Assembly (NCBI RefSeq): GCF_036321535.1
Contig: NC_087436.1
Coordinates: 47,494,001 to 47,558,000 of the forward strand
From: Camelus dromedarius
Lineage: Eukaryota
Direction of reading: 5' to 3'
Length of the DNA: 64,000 nt
In this document: positions 25,623-36,341 of the stretch, one piece after another
Numbering within the stretch: the first letter of the stretch is position 1
Layout of the letters: each line of letters opens with the position of its first letter
Notes under the pieces: generated by a model
What the model saw: only the letters and a program-made list of their open reading frames with translations
The model's database searches: none
What the model was told of the DNA's origin: nothing
Made by a program: the position numbers and the translations under genes

Positions 25623-26889
25623 AGGAAGCATCCTCCCTGAAGCTTCCTGCTAATAGGTGGTGGTGGGAAGTGGAACTCAGGAGACTCAGTCTGTTTCTAT
25701 GACCCCTTTGGTGCTGCTGATCAACAGGGGAAACTGCCTTGTAATACACCATGGAGGAGCAGTCCCCATTCTTCTCCAATAATCATCCTTAATCTTCATC
25801 AGAGCCTCCCCAGAATAAGGCCATTACCCTCCTTTCCTCCAATACGTTCTGACTTACTAGTCTTCTCCATACCAAATGTGTGATGAACTGTAAGGATGAT
25901 ATAAAAAGTGATTTCACTAAAGGGTCAGCTGTACCTCAGAAGAGGTTCAGTGAAGAGAGAACCAAGGAATTGAGTGTCCCTGTACTACACAAAGCCTTAG
26001 AGATTTAGGCATTCAAAAGAAGACCAACCTTGTGAGCTTTCTCATTCTCCCCACACCTCCCCCCACCTGCCACCCCCAACCTCACTTGCTCTCTCCTCCT
26101 TGCAGTTTCAGCCCTCAAGTCCTGATACGTTTTCTTTGCTCTGGAAACGTCTCCCATTCTTACAAGGTTTTGCAAACTCCAGTGGTTTTGGTTTTGGCTT
26201 TGGTTTTGGCTAAGTGCTCATAGATATTCTCCTCTGGCCAGACTTGGCTGATTTGAAAGAGAAGAGGAAGTTCCTGGAGATGAGAGCAAAAGGATAGCCT
26301 GGGCTAAGCCTCCTGCTTTGGAAGATGCTGTTTATCGCAAATACACACACACGGAACAAATTATTACAGAGTGAATGGACATCTCTGTCCCTCGAATTCT
26401 GGAGCTCACTGCAATTACAGCATGACCCATGGCCAGTGAAATGCTTCTGTACATCTCTTGCCCTCTGTCCTCCAAACAAAAGTGACAGTGTGTGCATGCC
26501 ATATGGGTGGTGCTGCTGATCATGACCAGAGATACAAAGTACTTCACCACACAGGAAGATTTGGATGGTCAAAACACTTAGGTTAGAGAAAAGACAAATC
26601 AGTTAACTCATCAAACTCTTCCTCCTCAAAATCAGTCTTTCAGACAGCGTAAACACAAAGCTTCTTGTGTGACAAAGTATCCATTTCCCAGTAGTGCTGA
26701 CAGTCCATTTTCTTCTCTTCATGCTTCAATCTGTGGACCCAGAGATACTTATAAATTAGCAAGGTGTTTCCAACAGTTTGTACATGGTTTCTTAAGATCA
26801 CTTTTCAACATTTAGAATGCTATCACTTACATTTTATGTATGTAAGTCCAGATGTAATATTGATGAAGAGTAATAGCAATTCTTTACAT

Positions 26890-27630
26890 TGGCAACCAGG
26901 TGGATAGTGAATGCTAGAGTAGCAAACAATTTGATTTTTATAAATATATTTAATAAGATTTACTTATATTTTTAAAATATTAAATAAAATTTTATTTTTT
27001 ATATGATTTTATTTGATACTTTGATATTCCATAATAATTTTTTATTTTGGCTTTTGAGTTCTATAATAATTTTAAAGAATATGTTAGAAGAAATTATATT
27101 ATATTAGAAGAAAATCATTGTTTTTAAAAAAATATACAAATAATTTTAATCAAAACTTTTATATTTCATCTGTTTTTGATGAAGATATATCTAAATTTTA
27201 TATATTTTGAATATCATTACATTTCACTTTAAATTTATTAGATCATTATTATTGGTAAAACACAAATTATGTAGAAATCCTTTGCTCTAATGACATAATG
27301 AGTGATTTTGCTGAAATTCAAGCAAGAAAATTTAATGAAATGACTACATAGCAATTTATGAACCAGAGAGGATCTTTTATTATTCATACAAACATCACTG
27401 GCTCATCAACAGAACATTCAGACATGCAGAATATTTATTAAATTCAGTCTCTTAAAATATTTTGCCAACTTTCAGTCATATAAAAACCATGTTGCTACAT
27501 AGTCTTTTCAGTTTTGTTGGTATGAACGTATTTGTCAAGGAAAGAGGATAAAACATACTTCATTCAACAGTCAGGTTGTTTCTTAACTTCTGAAGACTTA
27601 ATAAATGATGTGTGGGTGCCCCTCTGTCCT
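26890..27630. mobile_element. AT-rich hAT DNA transposon remnant (Zaphod/Tip100-like)
   Basis: atgagtgattttgctgaaattcaagcaagaaaa resembles a hAT dimerisation-domain end (..DFAEIQARK); family uncertain. Confidence 0.45.
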
Positions 27631-27719
27631 GAGAAGGAGGAAAGCTGCCCCAGACATCTGAAAGCTGGTTTCAGGTAGCTAGGCGCTTATCAGTGCTTGC
27701 AGCTAGGCAATGGTGGTCT

Positions 27720-28115
27720 CTGTGGAACTTGGAAAATTTCACAGAAAATTTCACCATCATCAGACAAGGTCAGTCAGTGACCATGATGGGGCAAGATGCA
27801 AACAGGACCACTCTGGAATCATGTTCTGAGTACAAGAACATTTTCCAAACCAAAAATGGCCAGATCTCCCCCTCTCCTGGTTATTGTGAGACTGCTACCT
27901 TATTATGCGTATAACTTAGTTTCCACTCTCTTCTTATTTTTTAGATAAGAATTATTAAGATTCCCAAACATAAAATTAACCTGTTTCCTGACAGGATCTG
28001 ATCCTATGCAAAATCTCACTTCCTTATACTCTTCTCAGAAATCACTTAACATAGTTCAAATCCTGCAAGTACCTTCTAATACCCTCTTAATAAGAAAGCC
28101 CATGTTCCCCACACT
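27720..28115 (+). mobile_element. Old ERV1 LTR fragment (MER89/MER90/MER110-like)
   Basis: gaccatgatgg...aacaggaccactctggaatcatg...agataagaattattaagattccc...aaatcacttaacatagttcaaatcct. Confidence 0.55.
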
Positions 28116-29129
28116 ACAGAGGCCTTCCTGGTGGCCTTTTGCTGGAAGGCTTTCCCAATACTGTTGTTCTAGGTCCTGCAAATGTCAAGTGAGGTTCTGC
28201 CTGGAATGTGGATTCAGATCCCAGTACAGCTTCCCCACTAGCTGGAGTTGTTGCTGCTGCACTAGTGACCAACCACCAAACGTATCTCTAAGGTCATGAT
28301 TAATCCCTCTCTAGGAAGCAGAGGAGAGGAAATTCCTCTTTTAAAGTCACTTAACCTTGTTCCTTGTGAAATGATAAAGCTGATGATACCTAATAATTCA
28401 TGGAAGAAATCAGTAAATATTTATTAAGCACCAGTTATGTGCTAGTCACTGCAAGTTGGTGAGGACATAGCAGTGAATAAATGGACAAAAATCCCTGTGT
28501 TCATGGCACTTATGTACCATGGAGCATTATGACTCCTTGTGTTTGGTTTATATTAACAGAGTGTCTACATTGGATGCAAATGGCTCTTTCTTTGTTATTC
28601 TGGATGGGTTACATCAACTAAATGAGAAACTTTTTGATGACCAGTCTTAACTCTTGTCTACCCCATCCCCCTCCCCTCTGTTTCCCAACTCCCTTATTGA
28701 AGATGGGGGGAAGAGGATTTTATTTTCAAAACACATAAAATTGAGGGCTAAATTCTCTCAGTGTTAGTCTGTTTTGATAGCTTAGTTATTTGTTATCAGC
28801 AACATGCATTTGTACACAAATACTTTATTAAATTAAAAAAATTTGATTTCCAATTAAATATGCCCATTCTCATCTTTAGCATCATGCTGGCATCACTTAA
28901 GGCAATCAGAGCTTTTTTTTCTGTAGTTAGAAAAGATAACCTTAATTCTAGTGCTGGTGAGGTTATCACAAAATCTGAAATAATGAGGTCCAGTTTAATT
29001 TAATGCCACAAATTTCTGTTGACTACCTTCTATGGGAAAGGGTCTTTCTTTTATATCTTTCTTTTATGAAGGTTAAAATTCTTTGCAAATGATGGTGGAC
29101 ATTTTCAAGATAAGGCCTAGATCTGATCT

Positions 29130-29149
29130 GATATATATATATATATATA
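29130..29149. repeat. (AT)n microsatellite
   Basis: atatatatatatatatata. Confidence 0.85.
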
Positions 29150-30905
29150 CTTACTACATATATAAAGCAACATTTTTGGTAATGACTCATATAATAGTGT
29201 CTGCAATGTGGTTTCCATTATAACTCTAGTCCTCATCTTCTAGTAACTTTCTCCACATTTAATCTTTTGGGTTGAAATTTTCCATGCCTGGTTTAAGCTC
29301 AAAGGTATTTAAAAAAAATATTTTTTAAAGTTGTAGGGCAATTCCTTTGGCTATCATATATACCTCTTCTAATTTTCAATGAAGGCAAGAGGAAAAAATA
29401 AAAAGGAGAGATTTGAGTATATGGGTATTTGTGTGTTCTGCTAGAACCATAAAGAGGCCTTTATAGCCCAGACCTAAGATCATTTCACTCAGCTCACTTC
29501 CTGAAGTAACTGGAGCAGGCTTGCTGTTACCTGGTATGCCTTTGTCACTGCAGGACTATTCCTCTCATGGAAACAGTGGCTAAAAGGATCCTTACAGATT
29601 AGATTCCCATGGTATTTAAATATGTATGTTAAGTTGTTTATTGTGATGAATTGCACACAATTCCTTGTCTCTAAGGCTCCTGGGATGGGAGTTCAGGCCT
29701 CCATCATGTCTTTTACCCCCATTCCCTGTTCCATGTAACAAAGATGTTATTTAGTAAATCAAAAGTGGCTTCTCATCAGAAAATATGGATGATTATAATC
29801 TTTTTAGGTGTTTATAGTGAAAAGATGTCTCTTTGGTTTTAATTCTGATAGCCACATTGCCAAACTTGGAACTGTTCTGCAGACATTATTTTTGTTCTAG
29901 GATATCTATGAATGTAGCTATAAGTACACCCTCCCCACTCATCCAAAAATAAAGAATAAGCATTCAGCCCTCAAAGGGTCTTTGGTGTTCCAGGCTTATA
30001 GGTGCATGAGGATAAACAGCATTCTTGAGGACAGAAAAAATGAGTGGAGGCACAGGCAGGAATTCCTTTTGGGCCTGAGAAAAAATGAAATACCCTGTAT
30101 CGTACATTCTCATGTGTCTTAAATCTTCACCTTATGCTTGATTTAAACTTTATTCTCATCTTAAATGTTATTAGAGAGTCATCACTTTTGAAATTGTGTA
30201 ACTTGATCTTTACCTAAAAAAATCCAATTGCCCCAAAGGCATTTAAAAAGATGACATGTTAAGTATCCTCTTTCTAAAGACATACCCGTCTGTGTGTGTG
30301 TATATATTTGCATAACTGATTTGTGTGCCTAACTGTCTATTCTCTCTCTTTAGCTCTCCCATGTAGACGTATACATATACATCCATGTAGATTCAGAATT
30401 TTCCACAAGGAACAAAGGGAATCTCATAATGAAAAACAACATTTTTTATGGATCCATGCCAAGGTACCGGATCCTTGTTCTTTTCCAGTTGATTTATCTT
30501 AATGACTCTGTCAGGCAAAAAGCCTTTATGAATTCTGCATAATGTCCTATTCAATTACAGCAGCATGCTTGCCTCAGCTTTGCAAGGCTAAGCTTGAGAT
30601 GATTTTTTCCTCTAAGAATCTCCCCATATTCAGGAACAAAATGAGACCAGTTACAGCTAGAGAAACATGATTAACAAAAAGGTTTTCTGTTTTTTAAGAC
30701 TTATACTTACAAAAATTAAACCTGGACAAGTTTTACCAATCTTGCTTTATATTTGAATTTAGTTTTTCATTTCTTTCCTCAGTTCAGTTAGAACTATGCT
30801 TTGAATTGGTTTTAAGTATAACTAGATTGAATGTGTTGTCAAAATGTTCCCTCTCAGCCTCATCCTTCTTTAGGGAGGCATGGACAGAGCTCTGGGTTAC
30901 TCTAA

Positions 30906-31112
30906 TAGTGCTGTCTGATAGAACTTTCTGTGAAAATAGAAGTGTTCTATAATCTGCTCTATACTTTAATATGGGAACCATTGGCCACTTGTGGCTGTTG
31001 AGCATTGGAAGTGCCTAGTGTGATAGAGAAATTGAATTTTAAATGTTATTTAAATTTAATTAATTCAAATTTAAATAGCTTCCTATGGCTAGGGGCTACT
31101 CTCACAACACAG
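30906..31112. mobile_element. MER3 hAT-Charlie MITE
   Basis: tgctgtctgatagaactttctgtg...ggccacttgtggctgttgagcattggaa...gaattttaaatgttatttaaatttaattaattcaaatttaaatagc. Confidence 0.85.
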
Positions 31113-31151
31113 ATCCATATAATTTAAGTATTGAAAATTGCACCAAGATTT

Positions 31152-31682
31152 TGTCAAAATGCTATTCCTGTAACAAATCGTCCCAAACTTAATGCCTTAA
31201 AACAACCATTTATTATTATCTCTTATGACTCAGTGGGTTGACTACTCAGCTGGATAGTTCTCACTTGGGGTTTCTCATGTGGTAATGGTAAGTGTCTTAT
31301 GGGGTTGGAGTCATTTGAAGGTTCAACTGGACTAGTGTCCAGTATGGCTTCCCATTCCTTGCTTGGAGTGGTCTGGAACAGCTGGGAACTGACCATGGAG
31401 CTGCTCCCAGTGGTGAGCCTTGGTTTTCTCACAGCATGGTAGTCTCAGGAACTTTTTGCAGTGTCTGGCTTCCTCTAGAGTGAGTGTTTGAAGAGACTTA
31501 AAGTGTTTAAAGAGAGTTAAAGAAGTAGGTGCTTCCATGTTCTTCCAGCATGGGCACTGGCCCAACATTGCTTCTTCTGTGACCTATTGGTCAAAGCAAT
31601 CACAGAGCCTTCCCACACCACAGACACTACCTTTGGATGGGAAGGAGGTAAAAAAACCTGTGCCTATGTTTAGTTCTTCACA
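31152..31682 (-). mobile_element. MaLR LTR (MLT1G/H-like)
   Basis: tgtaacaaatcgtcccaaacttaatgccttaaaacaaccatttattattatctc...tctcacagcatggtagtctcagg...ctattggtcaaagcaatcacag. Confidence 0.8.
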
Positions 31683-33299
31683 GCTGTTCTGTGAAGTGAC
31701 ACGGTCTCCTAAGTTGGAACAGCAGAGAATGTGAAGGCAAACGCATGTACTTTCCTTCTCTGCCTGACCAGTAATGTAATTTCAACTGCCTGTTTCAAGG
31801 CCAAGAAATGACAAGAGCAAAGAATTTTGTGCTTTTGATGGAGGCTTTTGATGATGTCTAAACTGAACTGGGGACCTCAGATGAGAGGAGAGTGATTTTA
31901 TTCTAACTTAGGACTCAACTTCCTGAGAAGAGCAAGCACCATTGGCTGAGGTAATTTTCACAGTTTTAAAATGATTGCAAACACCAAATTCTAGCTAAAA
32001 GTCCTTTCCACACTGCCTGCATGTAAGTGCCGTTTTTATCTGTGAATATGTAATGATTATATTAAATTTTTTTTGTTGTTACTGCAGCTTTAGTGGTTGA
32101 GGTTGTCTATTTATTAATATTTTTTTTTGCCACATTCAGCATCAAGTTGATCTTTTCTTATGAAAGTTTAATAATCTGATAGTAACAAACTGATCAGTTT
32201 CTCTAAGTGCATAAGCTTGGTGTATCTCTGGATTTCTCATGTTACTCTGCAGACATGGTTGTTCATTTGATTTGTGCTTCATTGTGCATTCAAAGCATTT
32301 CTTCAGTTTAACATCAACTTTCTTCAACTTTAAAACATGTGCATGGATACCCTTTTGTCAGTCAGCTTCCACCCGTCTTGTCCAAGAATATTATGTTCAG
32401 GTGAATGTTGCTTCTCTCCTTAAAAGCTGACTGCATTCCAGGGCTGCCGTCAATAATTTCATCTTGCAGGTCAGCATTAATCAATGATGTTCACATGACA
32501 CCATGTGATGACCTGGGTCTAGGTCTCTGTGTCATATGGAGGATCAGTAATTCCATCAAATGTAAGGCCTTTGGTTTGTTTTGGGAGTGCTCCCATATCC
32601 AGCGACTACATTGTCAAATGGTCTTCTGGAGGACCTTCTTGTGCTTTTATTTCGTTTTCTGCTCTTTGTTTCTTAGATCTTTATAACAGAAAGTGTTTCT
32701 TAGATAATCAATTCAGCAAGGCTTTAAGATCTCTCTTACAGTAGGTAATCTGGCTGTGTAGGGCTTCCTTGATGCACACCACACGGATCAAAGGAGTGCT
32801 CTTCTCATCACTCTCTGGGGCCAGATTAAGGCATGACTGGTGATTCTTTGTTCCATCCATTCCTTGCCTCTCCTCTGCTGTCATCTCCATTCTGATCCCA
32901 TAATAAGTCACATAACCCTATTCCTTTAGGCCTTGCATTAGTCTGTTTCAGTTTCATTTGCTCTGGCAGTTACAGCTAAAGTTATGGTCCTTTTTATTAT
33001 CAACAGCCATGGCTTCTGGTACCTGGCAGCACCTTCTTAGCAAGGAAAGAAAGGGATGAATAATGAGTATAGTTCTGGGGCTGGAGATACTTGGCAGAGT
33101 GGGGAAACCAGTGCCTGGGAACTGAAATGCCACCTGTCACTCCCATACCCCAGGGGATTTCAGCTTCTCTCCATCCTCACAACTACCATCTCTTACAGGC
33201 CACCAGCAACTCACCCACTCTTCCCCCCTCCCTCTTCTCCCCATCTACTGCCTGAACCACCGTCTGAAAATATGTATCTGGTTGAGTCACTCTCATCCT

Positions 33300-33800
33300 C
33301 CCATTATTTCCCGTTGCCTTTAGCATAAAGTCAAATACCCTTACCATGATCAGAACACTGCCCACTTGTCCAGACTCCTCTCTCACCATCTCTCTCACAC
33401 AAACTCAGCCCCAGCCACACTGAAAACTTGGAAACGACTTGAACTCACATTCTGTTTCTACTCAGGGCTTTTTTTCCATGGACACGGTCCTTCTTCCAGT
33501 GAAATGCTTCTCGCCACTCTTCTAGCCTACTCCCACATTTCTGTCCCTGGTAAGTCTTAGTTTAAATACCACTTTCTTCAAGATATCATCTTTTCTGGCT
33601 CCGTGGACTAGATTAGGCCCAACTCTTATACACCTTTTTCTTTATCATGCTCAGTGCACTCAACACCATTGATTCTGTTTTTGTTTTTTCCTAGAGTGTA
33701 AGTTTTGTGCAGGTAAGGACCATGTCTAATTTATCCACTGTCACGTCCTCAGAACATAATGTAGTGCCTGGACCAGAATAATGAAAAGTTGAATAATTAT
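33300..33800. mobile_element. L2 LINE 3' fragment
   Basis: cataaagtcaaatacccttaccatg...cagccccagccacactg...ctagagtgtaagttttgtgcaggtaaggaccatgtc...tagtgcctgg. Confidence 0.7.
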
Positions 33801-33837
33801 GCATGATAGAAACATCTCTGATAAAAACTTACTGTTA

Positions 33838-34000
33838 ATACTTACCTGGCAGGGTAGATGCCTGATCACGAAGGTGGTTATCCCAGGGTGAGGCTCATCC
33901 ATTGCACTCTGGATGTGCTAACCCCTGCTATTTCCTCAAATGTGGGGAACTCTACTGCATGATTTGTGGTAGTGCGGGACTGTGTTTGAGCTTTCCCCTG
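33838..34000 (+). pseudogene. RNU1: Full-length retroposed U1 snRNA pseudogene
   Basis: 163 nt from ATACTTACCTGGCAG to CTTTCCCCTG, ~90% identical by eye to canonical U1; followed by gA8; TSD aaaaa(t)cttactgtt at 33823-33836 and ~34005-34019; no recognisable PSE or 3' box. Confidence 0.95.
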
Positions 34001-35934
34001 GAAAAAAAATCTTACTGTTGAGCATTACTCTCAAATAAGAAACTATAATGCAAGTAACTGTCAACCTGACACTCTTTGTAAGAGATTTCATTTTTATCAA
34101 CAATAAAAAAAATGTAAAAAATAAAAAAATAAAACTTTTCCAAAAAAAGAGTTAATCATATTCCCTGCCTTCAGGTTCAATGCTTGCAATAAAGAGTAAT
34201 CTTTGAAATACAGTTTATAAATTCACAGTAGTGACACTGCCTGAGATATTTTTAGATAATCGTAGTAACCCAGGTACAGAGAAGGTCATAAGTCAAAAGT
34301 GACAAAGAAAAAAGAACTCTTCTTTTGTAGGAAGCCTTGATCCTCATTTTGCTTTGCTGGACTTTGCTATGTACGCATTGCGCCTGGCCAACCCCAGCTT
34401 TACATGAAAGGGCTTCATCAGCTTTTAAAAAACCATATGGTAAAAACATTTACACACATTTCTTCTGATACCTTCAGGCACTGCTGAGCAGCTGGTATTA
34501 ATGAATAAGAATGGCCAGTGAAATCATGGTATGTTGTTGCTAGGAAGGAACAGTTTATAGCCAGGAGAATTATAGATTACTAGGCAAGAACACACAGGAA
34601 TAGAAGGGATGTGTGATTTCTGCATTTCATCTATTTTTGGCCACCTGTACTGCTTAAGGCAATACAATGCTGGGCTGATTAGCGAGTATTAATTCTGTTC
34701 CTACTGATGGTGGTCCTGGGAGATGGGACCAATATCTTCAATACTTACTGAAAGTATTTCAGAGCCAATCAGAGCCAATGTCCCAAACTGAAGCCACTGA
34801 GGGAGCTATGAAAAGAGACCCCTGATTAAACAACATTTTATACTGTTGTTTCTTTAGATTTTCCGTCTTTCCTTGCAGAAAACATATTTATTTCCTCCCA
34901 TTTATATATATTAAAATTTTTTATTACATTGAGACACAATTCCTCCTATAATCTTTTAAGAGACTCAGTTCCTACCATAACCCAGATGTAGGAATTTCCC
35001 CCTGTCTGCATGGGATCCTTTCCAGCTTCATACAGACTTTGATGCAAAACTCAGTCCTTTCACCAGGTTCCACAAAAAAAAAAAATCCAAGCATACTTTT
35101 GGGTAGTTTTGGTAGTTTTCATATTATTCTGCATTTCCCTTTGCAACCACCTGATTAATATAGTCCAAGTGTTTCCTTCAGAGCCCTGGCCTCCAGCTCC
35201 ATCTCCCTTATCCTTTGCCTGGGCAGTGCTTAGTCCCTCCAACTCCTCTTTTTCTCCTCTGTATTATTCACAGCAGCGTCCATTTGAAGAAGGAAACCTG
35301 GCTGAATTTGACCCATAGGCTTTTAAAAAAGAGTTTTTACAGCAGATGTTGTTGATCAACAATAGATATGATAAAATTTTCACTAATCTGTATACTAGAC
35401 TATGTTGGAGTTGGTGTCTTCTCTTCCATGTGCTACTTTGTCTCTTTTTTCCCTATCTCCTACTTGCTGACAATTTGATTTAAAAACAAACAATTTGGCT
35501 TGGATGATTTGATTCAGGTTTCAGAAATAATAAAAAATTCCCTAAAGGGAATTTGAGTGTGAAGCTTTTCCTTCTTAATACTGTTCTTTTTGTATGGTTG
35601 GCAAAAATTATAGTATAAAGCAATTAAAGTACTTAAGCTGGTTCTATACACACATGGCTGTGGGAGTGTTCCCCTGGTCCTTCCATCCAGCTGTCTGTCA
35701 AGAGTTTTTCCTTCTTCTTTGGAACTTAGGCTGTTCTAGAATATTGCAAAAAGATTATCGAAAATGGACAGAAACGACAGGAACCAAACACATTCTTAGA
35801 ATTTGGACAGATAGAAATTTCACTGGGCAATTTTCAACCTAAGTTCCGCATGTTGCTGCAGGGAATTTTTTAATCAGATATGGATGGAAAGGATAGTTAT
35901 CTTGGCTTTTGATAGAGGCTATAAAATGTGCTAT

Positions 35935-36052
35935 ACACGTTTTAGATTTTATTATTACTGTTATTATAAAACGCAATAAAAGAATTTTTGAACACACGTT
36001 TTAGATTTTATTATTACTGTTATTATAAAACGCAATAAAAGAATTTTTGAAC
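35935..36052. repeat. Perfect 59-bp tandem duplication
   Basis: acacgttttagattttattattactgttattataaaacgcaataaaagaatttttgaac at 35935-35993 and 35994-36052. Confidence 0.95.
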
Positions 36053-36341
36053 AAACAACCAAGCCAGAACCCAAAAGAGGTTCCAGAAAGTGAGGTTTGT
36101 GGAAACTGAAATCAACTTGGATGATGGCATTATGGAAAGTAGATATAGATTTCAATGGCTAACACTTAGGATTTTGATGTCTGCTGAGAAAGAGAAGGCT
36201 ATGTTGAAGGCCCTATGGGAATGAGAGTTAGAGTTGAGTATATTAAATATATAATAACAATCGTCAACATTTATTGAGTACCTACTAGGTACCAGGAAAA
36301 TTTTGAAACAGTATTACTGTTTGAAACTCCTAATATTTAAA

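Noticed and set aside
33838..34000. Expressed U1 snRNA gene
   Set aside because: A tail, TSD, CpG decay and no visible PSE or 3' box indicate a processed pseudogene.
35935..36052. CRISPR-like or other repeat-spacer array
   Set aside because: Only two adjacent units with no spacer, in mammalian DNA; no repeat-spacer array seen anywhere in the window.
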